IMG/VR virus record: IMGVR_UViG_3300043425_000245
From: a virus
Taxonomy: Duplodnaviria; Heunggongvirae; Uroviricota; Caudoviricetes
Length of the DNA stretch: 64,000 nucleotides
Reading direction: 5' to 3' (one strand)
The notes beneath the pieces were generated by a model. It had not been told where the DNA came from and made no database searches. It worked only from the letters and a program-made list of their open reading frames with translations. A program made the position numbers and the translations under genes. Each line of letters opens with the position of its first letter. Positions within the stretch are counted from its first letter, which is position 1. Of this stretch, positions 46,079-57,256 are shown in pieces.

Positions 46079-49000
46079 ATGAGCGCACTAATTAAAAATA
46101 TTCTTTATAAATCATTAGCAGAAGGTGTTTATAGAGACGTCGTAACACGCACATCTTCTTATTATTATTTCCTAGGAAAGACTCTTTCGTGGGAAGACGA
46201 TAATGAACCACCAGCTCCTGTTGATAGTTACAAATATGAGAGAGAAACTCGTAACGAGATCATCACAATCAAAGAGATTAAACCTTCTGACGTTGCTTTC
46301 GTTATTCCACGAAAGAACTGGATCTCCGACGTTGTGTATGATATGTACGACGATCGCTACTCTGACGAGATTATTGGTATCAATATTATCTCTGGTGGTT
46401 CTGGTTATATCAACGTTGATGATATTTCCATTACAATTTCTGGTGGTAACGGTTCAGGGGCAACTGCTGTTGCGGTTGAAGCCTTTAGAGGTGGTATCTC
46501 TAAAGTTATTTTGACAAACCCAGGATCTGGTTATACATCAGAACCAACAATTACTGTTACTTCTGCTTCAGGTAATGGTGCTGTATTGAAAGCGTCTATG
46601 GGTATTGCTCCTTCTGGCGCTCAAAAGCTAGAAGACGCAAACTACTATGTTGTTACTGACGACTACAACGTTTATAAGTGTTTGGATAATAACAACAACG
46701 GAAGATCTACATACAAGCCAACTGGTACACAGCTAGAACCAATTAAATTGTTGGATGGTTATGTTTGGAAGTTTATGTACAACATTCCAATTAACCTTCG
46801 CAACAAGTTCTACACTGACGAATACATTCCTGTTGTTTCTGCTTTAACAAACTCATTCTATTCTAACGGTACAGTTGATAATATCTTTATTGCAAACAAA
46901 GGTAAGAACTATACATCAGCTGTGGTTTCTGTAACTGGTGACGGATACAGAGAGTCTGACCCAATTTATATTAACAGTGCACGAGTTGTAGCTGAAGGTT
47001 CTGGATACACTAATCCAGTGGTTGAATTCAGCCCACCTTTCCCAGCTGCTTCTTCATATATTTCTGGTGGTAGCGTTAACTTGGGTCAAGTTATTTTTAA
47101 CTCGGTGTTTGACTACTACCAAGTTGTAACTCCTGGCGCAATGAGCAGCGTTGAACCAACTCATAGATTTGGTACAATCCAAAACGGTAATGCCGCATTG
47201 AAGTATGTTGGTACTAAACTAAAAGGCGACATTACAACTAGAAACGACAAGAACCTAGTTAGAATCGACTTAACAAACCCAGGAACTGGTTACACTTCAG
47301 CGCCGACTGTAACAATTACTGACCCAACTGGTATCAATGCTTCTGCTGTTGCAGTGATCCCAACATTAGGTTTGAAGATTACCAACGGTGGTACAGACGG
47401 CGTCAACATCGTATCAGGTGGCGCAGGTTATGTAACTCCAACAGCTGAAGTTGTTGGCGGTGGTGGTACTGGCGCTCTAGTGTTTATTACACAGTGGGAT
47501 TCCAACGGTACAATTACTGAAGCTAAAGTATTGAGCCCAGGAACTGGTTATACAAGTGCACCTTCTATTGTAATTTCAGACCCGCAAGGTTCTGGTGCTG
47601 TGATTACAGCAGTTCTTCAAGGTGCAGCAATTTCTGAAATCCGTTTAACTAACGGTGGTGCTGGATATACTAACCCATCAGTTGCAATTACTGGTGGCGG
47701 TGGTGCAGCAGCTACTGCAGCGGCAGTAGTTGAGACTGGTGTCATTGATGACATCACATTGTATGGTGCTATCCGCGACGTTGTTATCCTTAACTCTGGT
47801 TCTGGTTACTTAGAGCCACCAGAAGTAGTTATCGGTACAGCTGTTGATACAGTTGAGTTAATTGATGGCGGTTCAGGTTACACTGTTGCTCCAACTATCA
47901 TTCTACAAGGTGGCGGTGGTACTGGTGCAACTGCAGAAGCTACTGTTTCTGGCGGTGCTATTACTTCTATTTCTATTACAAACAGGGGTTCAGGTTATAC
48001 TCAAGCTCCAACTGTTGTTATCAACGGTGACGGTACTGGTGGTAATGCGGTTTCTCATCTTGTTTCTGGTAGCTATGCACTAGTTAAGTCTAAACTATTT
48101 GCCGACAAAGTTATTTCAACTTACATTGTTAACTCTGGTCAAGATTACCTTGAAGTGCCTTCTGTGGTTTTTGGTAAATCATATGAACAAGAGTTGGAAG
48201 TATATACAAACCAACAATATTCTTATGGCAACAACTTGTACACAGTCGTACAGGCTGGCGTTTTCGGTTCTCTAGCACCAACGCACACGAGCGGGACATT
48301 GGTTACTAGTATTGAATGGCAACCAAACACTGAATTAGAATATAACGAAACTGTATATGCTTCTAATAGATTGTACAAAGTTATTGTTGCTGGTCTTTCT
48401 TCTGGCACTGCTCCAACACACACTACTGGTATTGAGTTGAACGGCACTGCTGAACTAGAATACCTTGGTGTGCCAGCTTCTCTCCGTCGCGATGGCGAGG
48501 TTGCAACTGGTTACGCTGTTTTGCGCTACGGTGCGGGTTATTCTGTAACACCTTCTGTTTCTATCGTTGACCCAACTGGTACTGGTTCTGAGATTAACTT
48601 CTTTACTTCTAAGTCTGAAGCAAAGATTTCAGCCATCACAGAAAATGGACAAATCGTATATCTTGTTATTGAAGATCCAGGCATCGGTTATACTAAAGCG
48701 TCGCTAACAGTATCTGGTGGTGGTGAAGGTGCTTCTTTGATTCCAGATCTTAGCTTGGGTGCGATTTCTTCACAACAAGCAAACAACGAAATTCTAACAC
48801 CTTCTGGAACAATCGACGCTATCGCTATCGTATCTGGCGGTTACTCTTATGGTGTTGCTAATATCTCGATCGAGGGTGACGGTACTGGCGCAGCAGCTGA
48901 AGCTGTAATTGACCCAGTTACTAACTCTCTTGTTAAGATCAATATCACAAATCGTGGCGAAGGTTATTCTTACGCTATCGTAAAAGTTGTTGGTAATGGT

Positions 49001-49723
49001 CAAGGTGCTGAGTTGAGAGCTATCATTTCACCATATGGTGGTCATGGTAAAAATTCTCCAGAAGAGTTTTTTGCAAGATCTTTGATGTTCTATTCTAACA
49101 TTTCAACTGACTTGAACCAAGGTGTTGTGGTTGGTAACGACTATCGTCAAGTTGGTATTGTTAAGAACCCTCGCGTGTTTGATGGATTTGAGCGTTATCA
49201 AGGTGTACTTGGTTCAGCGTGTTATATTATCCAATCTCCTATCAACACATCAAAGTTCTCTAAGGATAACGAGTTGTTTATTGAGCGAGTTAATCGCCCA
49301 GAGATTGAGTGGGAACCTTCTCTAGATATGACTATCGGTGAATTCATCTGGTATGAGGATAGAATTTATACTGTTGTTGTTTCTGGTATCGGTGGTTCTA
49401 CACCTCCAACTACAACATCTGGTTCTGAACAAAACGGTTTTGCTGTTGTTTCTTATGTTGGTACTACTAAGTCTAAGAAGCGTTATCGTATCGTTTCTGT
49501 GACTTCTTCAACTGCGTTGGTTCAGTCTTTGGATAACGACATCCCAGGCGCAAACGATGTATTTGTTAACTCGGTAAACATCACAGATAACTTTACTGCT
49601 GTTTCAGTAGGTATTCCAAACTTTGATAAATACTCTGGACAGCTTATGTACATCGACAATAAGCAAGGATTTACACCTTCTGGTGATGAAACAATTACAT
49701 TAAGAACTATTATCCAATTTTGA
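46079..49723 (+). CDS. 8: baseplate wedge gp8-like protein, greatly expanded
   Basis: VYKCLDN..P..DGYxWKFMY..GGHG..NDYRQVGIVKNP..SGQLxYIDN. Confidence 0.85.
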   Translation: MSALIKNILYKSLAEGVYRDVVTRTSSYYYFLGKTLSWEDDNEPPAPVDSYKYERETRNEIITIKEIKPSDVAFVIPRKNWISDVVYDMYDDRYSDEIIGINIISGGSGYINVDDISITISGGNGSGATAVAVEAFRGGISKVILTNPGSGYTSEPTITVTSASGNGAVLKASMGIAPSGAQKLEDANYYVVTDDYNVYKCLDNNNNGRSTYKPTGTQLEPIKLLDGYVWKFMYNIPINLRNKFYTDEYIPVVSALTNSFYSNGTVDNIFIANKGKNYTSAVVSVTGDGYRESDPIYINSARVVAEGSGYTNPVVEFSPPFPAASSYISGGSVNLGQVIFNSVFDYYQVVTPGAMSSVEPTHRFGTIQNGNAALKYVGTKLKGDITTRNDKNLVRIDLTNPGTGYTSAPTVTITDPTGINASAVAVIPTLGLKITNGGTDGVNIVSGGAGYVTPTAEVVGGGGTGALVFITQWDSNGTITEAKVLSPGTGYTSAPSIVISDPQGSGAVITAVLQGAAISEIRLTNGGAGYTNPSVAITGGGGAAATAAAVVETGVIDDITLYGAIRDVVILNSGSGYLEPPEVVIGTAVDTVELIDGGSGYTVAPTIILQGGGGTGATAEATVSGGAITSISITNRGSGYTQAPTVVINGDGTGGNAVSHLVSGSYALVKSKLFADKVISTYIVNSGQDYLEVPSVVFGKSYEQELEVYTNQQYSYGNNLYTVVQAGVFGSLAPTHTSGTLVTSIEWQPNTELEYNETVYASNRLYKVIVAGLSSGTAPTHTTGIELNGTAELEYLGVPASLRRDGEVATGYAVLRYGAGYSVTPSVSIVDPTGTGSEINFFTSKSEAKISAITENGQIVYLVIEDPGIGYTKASLTVSGGGEGASLIPDLSLGAISSQQANNEILTPSGTIDAIAIVSGGYSYGVANISIEGDGTGAAAEAVIDPVTNSLVKINITNRGEGYSYAIVKVVGNGQGAELRAIISPYGGHGKNSPEEFFARSLMFYSNISTDLNQGVVVGNDYRQVGIVKNPRVFDGFERYQGVLGSACYIIQSPINTSKFSKDNELFIERVNRPEIEWEPSLDMTIGEFIWYEDRIYTVVVSGIGGSTPPTTTSGSEQNGFAVVSYVGTTKSKKRYRIVSVTSSTALVQSLDNDIPGANDVFVNSVNITDNFTAVSVGIPNFDKYSGQLMYIDNKQGFTPSGDETITLRTIIQF

Positions 49724-49724
49724 C

Positions 49725-49731
49725 CTAAATA
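49725..49731 (+). promoter_or_regulatory. late-promoter-like motif
   Basis: CTAAATA in intergenic gap. Confidence 0.55.
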
Positions 49732-49766
49732 AAGATATAGTTTAACTTTCACTAAAGAGAAAACGA

Positions 49767-52700
49767 ATGGCACTAGATTTTAATACCGAACCGTATTTTG
49801 ACGATTATAACTCAGCGAAGGATTTCTATCGCGTCTTGTTTCGTCCAAGCTACGCAGTTCAAGCCCGTGAACTAACTCAATTACAAACTATCCTACAAAA
49901 TCAGGTTTCTAGGTTCGGTGATCACGTATTTAAGAACGGATCTCAAGTTATCCCAGGTTCTGTTAACGTAGACAACAAAGTTCATTTTATTAAACTTGAA
50001 CAGTTTACTGGTACTCTAGACGTTACAACTTACATTGAAACTCTAAAGAACAAAGTTGTTACTGGTGAGACATCTGGTGTTAAGATGGTTGTTGTCGACA
50101 CTTCTGGTGGTGGCACTATCGTTGATAATCTAGACGAACCTACATTGTATTGTAAGGTTATTGGTACTGCCGACGACAATGTAACAAATAGACTTATCCC
50201 AGGCGAGAACTTGGTTGCTCTAACTGCAGACAACCAACTTTCAACTAACTATCGCCTTGCTGAAGATCAGTTAACTGACATTCCAGTTATCGTTAAAGCC
50301 ACTGGTTCTTCTGGTGAAGAGCCTTCAGTGTACCTAACAGCACCAACTTCTGAATTCCCAAACCCAGAATCTTCTAACGTTCTAGGTTATGCATACAGCG
50401 TTGAAGTCAAAACTGGTATCTATTACGTTGACGGCATTTTCGTTCGTAACGATGATTTGAAGTTATACGTTGGTCGTTTTACAAACAGACCATCATATCG
50501 CGTTGGTTTCAAAGTAACAGAAGAATACATTACACCAGAAGACGACGAGTCTATCCTAGACAACGCCACTGGTTCTTATAACTTCGCTGCTCCTGGCGCT
50601 CACCGTTACAAAATCTCTCTTTCTCTAGTTAAATTACCATTGACTGGAACAGACACATTCAAGTTTATTGAATTGGTTCGTGTTGTTGATGGTCGTATTC
50701 AATATAAGATTGAGCGTTCTTCTTACGCTGAATTGGAGAAAACTCTAGCTCGTCGTACATTCGATGAGTCTGGTAACTATGAAGTAAACAAGTTTAAAGT
50801 TTCTTCCAGAGAACACTTAAACGACGGCAAGAACCAAGGTGTATATCCTCCACTTGTTGGTGTTGCTGAAAACGGTGTAGTTTATGGTGATCAAAACAAG
50901 TTTGTTGTTGTGGTTGATCCAGGCAAAGCATACATCAACGGTTATGAAGTTGAGTCTACTGCATCTCAATTCTTAGAATTTAATAAAGCCCGTGAAATCG
51001 GCGCTGAAGAGTTTGGACACGTTAAACGTCTTGGTCTTCAGAATATTGGTTTCAACTATGGTCACTATGTTAAGGTTAATAACCTTTACAAATACCCAGA
51101 CATCTCAAACTTTGAGAAAGTCTACCTTGTTAAGAAATTACAAAACCGTCCAGCTACTTTAAGCTGTACTGTTGTTGCTGGTGTTGTTCAATCCCCTATT
51201 ACTATCATTGATGGTGGTGAAGGATATGGTTCAGCTCCAACTATCGTATTCCAAGCAGTATCTAACACTGGTCAAGACGCTGAGGCTACTGCAACTGTTG
51301 TTGATGGTAAGATTACTGCAATCACTCTAGTTGATGGTGGTTCAGGTTATACAGAAGCTCCATTTGTTTATGCTAACGATGGTGGTATCGGTTTAGGTCT
51401 TGCTCCAACAGCTTCTGATATTGTTGGTACAGCTAGAGTTAAAGCTATTGAGTTGAACTCTGGTGAATTCACATCTACAACTACTGCTTATAAACTTGGT
51501 TTGTTTGATGTTAACATGTTCTCTGGCTACTCTTTTGATAGAGACGTTAAGTCAGTTATTGGTACAGCAGCTTCAAATAACTTCAGCTGTAACATCAATC
51601 CAACTCTTGTAAGCGTTATTGGTCAAGGTACTTCTTCAACTTCTTCTGCTACAATCACTGGAGCAGGTACTGCGTTTGACAGTGTATTGAAAGTTGGCGA
51701 TATTGTTTTCTTGAACGATACTAAAGTTGGTACTGTTCAGAGCTTTAATAACTTTACAATCACTCTAACAGCAAACGCTCTAGTTTCTGTTACAGGCGGT
51801 CGTATCAGCGTGTTTACAAGCACAATCTACGAACCTAACTATGAGTCTCTATTGTTCCCAGTTGGACAAACATTCATCAAGACTCTAAAAGCTAGAAACT
51901 CTAACAACACAGCTGATACAGTTGATAGCTCAACAACAGTTGTTCGTCGTTTGTTTGGTACAAAGAACACTACAACTAACAAAGTTGAATTCAGAGTAAC
52001 TGACTTAGATGAGACTCTAGAATTTGATACAGATTTGTCTAACTATCTGTTGATCAACATTGATAATAACCGTCCAGTTAATATCAACGAAGCAAATACA
52101 ACATTCAACACAACTGGCGCTCGTCAAACTGTTTACTTTGACAAAGTTCCAAACGGTAACTATCGTTTGATTGCTTCTGTAAACCAAGAAGAAGTTTCTG
52201 CAGCTGCTAGATTGAAAGTGTTGACTACTAACTACGAAAAAGAGTATGTTGGTAAGAATACAGTTTCTGCTTCAACTATCGCTCTTGAGTACTGCGACAT
52301 CTTTAAATTGAAGTCTGTTTTGATGACTCCTGGTGATTATGACGCATTTGACCCAGACAATGCAGTTGACATCACAGATCGTTATACTCTAGACAACGGT
52401 CAACGTGACACTTACTATGGTAAGGGTAAGCTACTTCTTAAGTCTGGCTTCCAGTCACCATCTGGCGCAATCCAAGTTAAGTATGATTACTTCAGTGCCG
52501 ATTTGAACGGCAGCGGTAACTATTTCTCAGTTGACTCTTACAAGAACGTTGTTGATTACTCTGAGATTCCATCTCACTTTGTAACTGACCCAACTACTGG
52601 TAAGCGTTCTGAAGTTAACCTAGCAGACGTTATTGACTTCAGACCATACATTGGTGGTTTGAACGCAAACACTTTCAAACCAGAACTACCAAAGTTTGGT

Positions 52701-55700
52701 TCTGATATGATCGCTCCAACTGCTTTCTATATCGGTAGAATTGACAAGATCGTTTTGGACTCTGTTGGTAAATTCAACGTAATCAACGGTGTGCCAGATC
52801 AACAACCAAAAGAGCCATCAGACCCTAAAGACGGTATGGTGATTGCATCTATCATCGTTCCACCATATACTCAAAACATTGGCGAGGTTGTAATCAAGCA
52901 ACGTGATAACAAACGTTATACAATGCGCGACATTGGTAATCTAGAGCGTAGAATTTCTAATCTAGAATACTATGTAACACTATCTCTTCTAGAAAAAGAT
53001 ACAGCCGATTTACAAATCACTGATGAAACTACTGGTCTTGATCGTTTCAAGAACGGTTTTATCGTTGACCAATTTACTGGTCACGGTATCGGTGATGTTA
53101 AGAACGAAGATTACAGAATCTCTGTGGATACACAAAACCGTGTTCTACGCCCAATGCACCACGCTCGTGCTCTAGAGATCGTTGAAGACCTAATTTCTGG
53201 TACAGATAGATCTTCTAAACTATACCAAAAGACTGGTGATGTTATCACATTACCTTACCAAGAAGATTCATTCATCTTTAACAACCACGCTACTCAAGCC
53301 ATGGACATTCACGCATTGTCTATGGGTGCGTTCAAAGGTCAAGTTCAGTTAATCCCTGAGGGTGATAACTGGAAGTCGGTTGATCGTCGTCCAGACCTAG
53401 TTGCTGTAGACGATAACAACTATGACGCTATCAAATTCATGGCGGAAGAACTTGGTGTCACTGGCACTAAGTGGGACGAGTGGCAAACTAACTGGACTTC
53501 AATCAGCACACGATCTGTTGCTGGCGAGACTAGAGAGTGGGTTGGCGGTATTCGCGTTACAGGTTATGAAACAACATATACTGATTATGTTGGTTATAAC
53601 TACCGCAATGGCGTTGAGACTACTCTAACATCTTCAGTTAATGCTCAAGACTACGGTGATAGAGTTGTTGATGTTTCATATATTCCATATATGAGATCTA
53701 GACCAGTAACTATCATTGCTCAAAACTTAAAGTCAAAGACTCGCTTCTGGCCATTCTTTGATAACGTTTCAGTTGAAAGCTACTTCAAACCAGCTGATGT
53801 GTTCTCTGTAACACGCGATGGACAATCTTTAATGTCGTTTGATCAAAATGACTTGAACGATAACATCCTAGCGGACAGCGATCGTAGAGCTTACAATGGT
53901 AAAATTGAACCAGCGTTTGTTGTTGGTGACGTTCTAACAAACTCTACACACCAACCAGTTAACATTACTCAAATTGTACACTTGACTCAAGAAGCTGCAA
54001 CTTTTGACGTATATGTTGGTTCTACTCAAAACATTAAAGTTGGTCACCACGTTGTAATGTTCAACTTGGACTTCCACAACGAGTCAAGCGATCTAAACCT
54101 TTCTGACCTAAAAGAAAACCAAGTATCTTCTAACGGTGTTAAGATTATCGGCGAGAGCGATGGTATTCTAACTAATGATAATTCTTCTAAGGAATTGAAC
54201 CTTAAGAAGTTCAAGGTAACAGCAGTTTCTGGTACAAAACTAACTCTTGCTAACCTTGACGACACATTGATCCCAGCTTTCAGTTCATACGACTTAGAAT
54301 CTTATGATACAAACAAGTTTGGTAAGCTAATGCGTTTGAAGGCTTCTGGTGTTGTTGCTTGGGGTGGTATTGTAGAATCTTCTGACAATATTGGTCCAAT
54401 CACTCAGACTATTCACCTAGTTAACATCAAGAATGGTTTTGCTATCGGTGAAACTCTTTCTGGTTCTGTAAACATTGGAAACAGCTCTTCATACAATGGC
54501 GTTACAATTAACTCCATCAACGGTGTAACTAGCACAACAGTTGTTCCTACTTACAAGGATACTAGCGACGCATTGATCACTGATGAAGACGGTACAGCAG
54601 TTGGTGTATTCTTTATCCCTGAGACTGCAGAGTTGAGTTTCCGTACTGGCGAGCGTACATTCAAACTTACAGATAATAAGTCTAACAGCAACATGTCGTT
54701 TGACTCTATTGGTTCTGCTGTTTATTACTCTCAAGGTGTTACACTAAGCAAAGAAAGAACTATCGTTTCTAGCAGAAGCGTTGAGTTTGTTCAAGCTGAT
54801 ACTTATGAAGACACTCAGTCTCTACCACCAGTAAGAAGAACAACTACTTCTACACGCCAGTTGTATCAATACACATACGACCCTCTAGCACAGACATTCA
54901 CTGTCAGCGCTGAAGGTGGTTGTTTCTTGACTTCTGTTGACTTGTACTTTGCTGCAAAGGGTGTTCGCCCAGTTTCTGTTGAACTAAGAAACACTGATAA
55001 CGGTGTTCCTTCTTCTAAGATTATTCCTTTCTCTAAGGTTACTAAACCAGCAAGCGAATTGGTTGTATCTGATGACAGTTCTGTTGCAACAACTTTCAAA
55101 TTCAAGTCTCCAATTTACTTACAAGATACTGAGACTTACTGTTTCGTTGTTATGACTGACGAGCCAGGAACTCAGCTATGGGTTTCTGAGATGGGTGGTA
55201 CTGATATCATCACTGATAACACTATCGCTGGTCAACCATTAACTGGTTCACTATACGCTTCTCAGAATGCTAGAGAGTGGGAAATTCACCCTCTACTAGA
55301 CATGAAGTTTACTTTGAACAAGGCTAAGTTTGATATCACATCAACTGCTGAGTTGACATTGAAGTCTGTTCCACCAGACATGATCAACCTACCATTGAAC
55401 CCGTTTGAGATCACTCCTGATACTAACAAGATCAGAGTGTATGCTCCAAACCACGGTATGTTGGCTGGTCAGATTGTTAACATTCAAGGTGTATCTGAAG
55501 GATACTACGGTACAGAATACAATGATGCTGGTATCCCAAGCGTTCTATTGAATACTTCTCACACTGTTTCTTCTTCTGGTCTAGAAAAAGATTCTTTCGT
55601 TATCAACCTAGTTACAACAGTTAATGGTCAGAACGCTTTGACTTACAAGGATGGCTCTGGCGCTATCATTGAAGGTACTGTTGCAAACTTTGTAAAAGGC

Positions 55701-57011
55701 GAGTACGGTGGAACTGGTGTACGTTGTTCTTCTAGCATCAACATGGATGTTATGTACTTGAAGACTTCTGATTTGAGCTTCCAAGGAACTGAAATCAACT
55801 ACACAGTTAAGGCTCAAGAAGTTGGTGGCTCTATGACAAACGCTTTACCGTTTGTTGCAAATAGCAATTACAACTTCCCAACAAGAATGAACATTCGTTC
55901 TTTCGAGAACCAACTTACTGATATCAACGGCAACAAACAGTCTTCTGTTCAGATTATCGCCAGCTTGTATTCTTCAAACGAGAATATTTCTCCAGTGGTT
56001 GATTTGCAACAGCTATCCGCTTACGCTATCTCTAACTTGATTAACGATACTGCTTCTGAAACAGTAAACGTACTAGAAATCGACAAGAGAGTATTAGTTG
56101 CTGGTGGTGACTTGGTTACTGCTGACTACTCTAAAGCTGGTACTGGTACTATTTCTATCACACAGAATACTGATACAATCACTGGTACTGGAACTTCTTT
56201 CTCTACTGAAGTTGTTGCAACTAACATCATCAAGAAAGTTGACGGTACTGTTATCGGTACTGTGAGTTCAGTGAACGGTTCTACAATTACCCTAGCTGCT
56301 AACTACACAGGAACTACAATCACTAACGGCGAATTTGTAATCCAGTCAATTCCAACTATCTCGTTTGTTAACGAAAATGGCGTTGGTGTTATTAAGACTA
56401 ACATTGATTCTTCTGATAACCTATTGGCTTCTGCTGGTATCGGTAAGACTCTAGTTATCTCTAATGTTGCAAGCGGTATTGACGGTGAATATCTAATCAC
56501 TAATATCGTTGAAGTGGAAGACGCTACAACATACGCTGGTAATGAAGAACTAGATCTAACAAAGGTTGTTCTAGAAAGAGCCTTTGGTACTACATCTTCA
56601 TTCAACATGACTACTGATAACGACTTTGAAGTTGCAGTGTATGATAAGTACGTTAGCGACATTGGTCCAATCGGTTCTTCTAATAACGCAAACTATGTAA
56701 CTAGAACATTGTCTTTGTCTGAAGCTGCTGATTCGTTCAAGATTATCTTTGATGCGAACATTGTTAACAATACAGCTATCAAGGTATTCTACAGAACATG
56801 GACTGGTAACGTTGATCTAAGAAAAGTACCTTATACAGACACTGGTTACGTTTCTATAAATACAGACGCTGATGGTAAATTTATTGAAAGAAGCATTGAT
56901 GTTATTGACATCGAACCTTTCTATAATATCCAAATCAAGATTGTATTGAAATCTACAAACCCTGTATATGTACCTAAGATTAAAAACTTTAGATTGTTGG
57001 CGCTGTCATGA
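49767..57011 (+). CDS. large virion structural protein (DUF4815-like)
   Basis: PYFDDY..FxRVLFRP..VQARELTQLQ..GAHR..ARRTxDESGxY..RFKNGFIVD.F..DPLAQTF. Confidence 0.85.
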   Translation: MALDFNTEPYFDDYNSAKDFYRVLFRPSYAVQARELTQLQTILQNQVSRFGDHVFKNGSQVIPGSVNVDNKVHFIKLEQFTGTLDVTTYIETLKNKVVTGETSGVKMVVVDTSGGGTIVDNLDEPTLYCKVIGTADDNVTNRLIPGENLVALTADNQLSTNYRLAEDQLTDIPVIVKATGSSGEEPSVYLTAPTSEFPNPESSNVLGYAYSVEVKTGIYYVDGIFVRNDDLKLYVGRFTNRPSYRVGFKVTEEYITPEDDESILDNATGSYNFAAPGAHRYKISLSLVKLPLTGTDTFKFIELVRVVDGRIQYKIERSSYAELEKTLARRTFDESGNYEVNKFKVSSREHLNDGKNQGVYPPLVGVAENGVVYGDQNKFVVVVDPGKAYINGYEVESTASQFLEFNKAREIGAEEFGHVKRLGLQNIGFNYGHYVKVNNLYKYPDISNFEKVYLVKKLQNRPATLSCTVVAGVVQSPITIIDGGEGYGSAPTIVFQAVSNTGQDAEATATVVDGKITAITLVDGGSGYTEAPFVYANDGGIGLGLAPTASDIVGTARVKAIELNSGEFTSTTTAYKLGLFDVNMFSGYSFDRDVKSVIGTAASNNFSCNINPTLVSVIGQGTSSTSSATITGAGTAFDSVLKVGDIVFLNDTKVGTVQSFNNFTITLTANALVSVTGGRISVFTSTIYEPNYESLLFPVGQTFIKTLKARNSNNTADTVDSSTTVVRRLFGTKNTTTNKVEFRVTDLDETLEFDTDLSNYLLINIDNNRPVNINEANTTFNTTGARQTVYFDKVPNGNYRLIASVNQEEVSAAARLKVLTTNYEKEYVGKNTVSASTIALEYCDIFKLKSVLMTPGDYDAFDPDNAVDITDRYTLDNGQRDTYYGKGKLLLKSGFQSPSGAIQVKYDYFSADLNGSGNYFSVDSYKNVVDYSEIPSHFVTDPTTGKRSEVNLADVIDFRPYIGGLNANTFKPELPKFGSDMIAPTAFYIGRIDKIVLDSVGKFNVINGVPDQQPKEPSDPKDGMVIASIIVPPYTQNIGEVVIKQRDNKRYTMRDIGNLERRISNLEYYVTLSLLEKDTADLQITDETTGLDRFKNGFIVDQFTGHGIGDVKNEDYRISVDTQNRVLRPMHHARALEIVEDLISGTDRSSKLYQKTGDVITLPYQEDSFIFNNHATQAMDIHALSMGAFKGQVQLIPEGDNWKSVDRRPDLVAVDDNNYDAIKFMAEELGVTGTKWDEWQTNWTSISTRSVAGETREWVGGIRVTGYETTYTDYVGYNYRNGVETTLTSSVNAQDYGDRVVDVSYIPYMRSRPVTIIAQNLKSKTRFWPFFDNVSVESYFKPADVFSVTRDGQSLMSFDQNDLNDNILADSDRRAYNGKIEPAFVVGDVLTNSTHQPVNITQIVHLTQEAATFDVYVGSTQNIKVGHHVVMFNLDFHNESSDLNLSDLKENQVSSNGVKIIGESDGILTNDNSSKELNLKKFKVTAVSGTKLTLANLDDTLIPAFSSYDLESYDTNKFGKLMRLKASGVVAWGGIVESSDNIGPITQTIHLVNIKNGFAIGETLSGSVNIGNSSSYNGVTINSINGVTSTTVVPTYKDTSDALITDEDGTAVGVFFIPETAELSFRTGERTFKLTDNKSNSNMSFDSIGSAVYYSQGVTLSKERTIVSSRSVEFVQADTYEDTQSLPPVRRTTTSTRQLYQYTYDPLAQTFTVSAEGGCFLTSVDLYFAAKGVRPVSVELRNTDNGVPSSKIIPFSKVTKPASELVVSDDSSVATTFKFKSPIYLQDTETYCFVVMTDEPGTQLWVSEMGGTDIITDNTIAGQPLTGSLYASQNAREWEIHPLLDMKFTLNKAKFDITSTAELTLKSVPPDMINLPLNPFEITPDTNKIRVYAPNHGMLAGQIVNIQGVSEGYYGTEYNDAGIPSVLLNTSHTVSSSGLEKDSFVINLVTTVNGQNALTYKDGSGAIIEGTVANFVKGEYGGTGVRCSSSINMDVMYLKTSDLSFQGTEINYTVKAQEVGGSMTNALPFVANSNYNFPTRMNIRSFENQLTDINGNKQSSVQIIASLYSSNENISPVVDLQQLSAYAISNLINDTASETVNVLEIDKRVLVAGGDLVTADYSKAGTGTISITQNTDTITGTGTSFSTEVVATNIIKKVDGTVIGTVSSVNGSTITLAANYTGTTITNGEFVIQSIPTISFVNENGVGVIKTNIDSSDNLLASAGIGKTLVISNVASGIDGEYLITNIVEVEDATTYAGNEELDLTKVVLERAFGTTSSFNMTTDNDFEVAVYDKYVSDIGPIGSSNNANYVTRTLSLSEAADSFKIIFDANIVNNTAIKVFYRTWTGNVDLRKVPYTDTGYVSINTDADGKFIERSIDVIDIEPFYNIQIKIVLKSTNPVYVPKIKNFRLLALS

Positions 57012-57256
57012 GTCTAGTACAAGTTGATGGTTTTAATTCTTTGAGAAAGGACACCGCTACTGGCGGTGTCGTTAATGTTGACAAGAAATCATATGAAGCC
57101 CATAAAGCTCAAAAGATGATTGCTGTTAGAAACGCACAAGCTCAAAAGTCTACTCAAGAATCTGTAACCATGCTGCAGGATGAAATAAATATACTAAAAG
57201 CTGATTTAGTTGACATAAAAACTTTATTGGTTAAATTAATAGAAAAAGGTAACTAA
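57008..57256 (+). CDS. small coiled-coil virion-module protein
   Basis: ATGA overlap; typical follower of DUF4815 genes. Confidence 0.7.
   Translation: MSLVQVDGFNSLRKDTATGGVVNVDKKSYEAHKAQKMIAVRNAQAQKSTQESVTMLQDEINILKADLVDIKTLLVKLIEKGN

Noticed and set aside
36937-57011. Introns or inteins in the very long structural genes
   Set aside because: ORFs are uninterrupted and the extra length is explained by repeats and enzyme domains; no splicing motifs seen.
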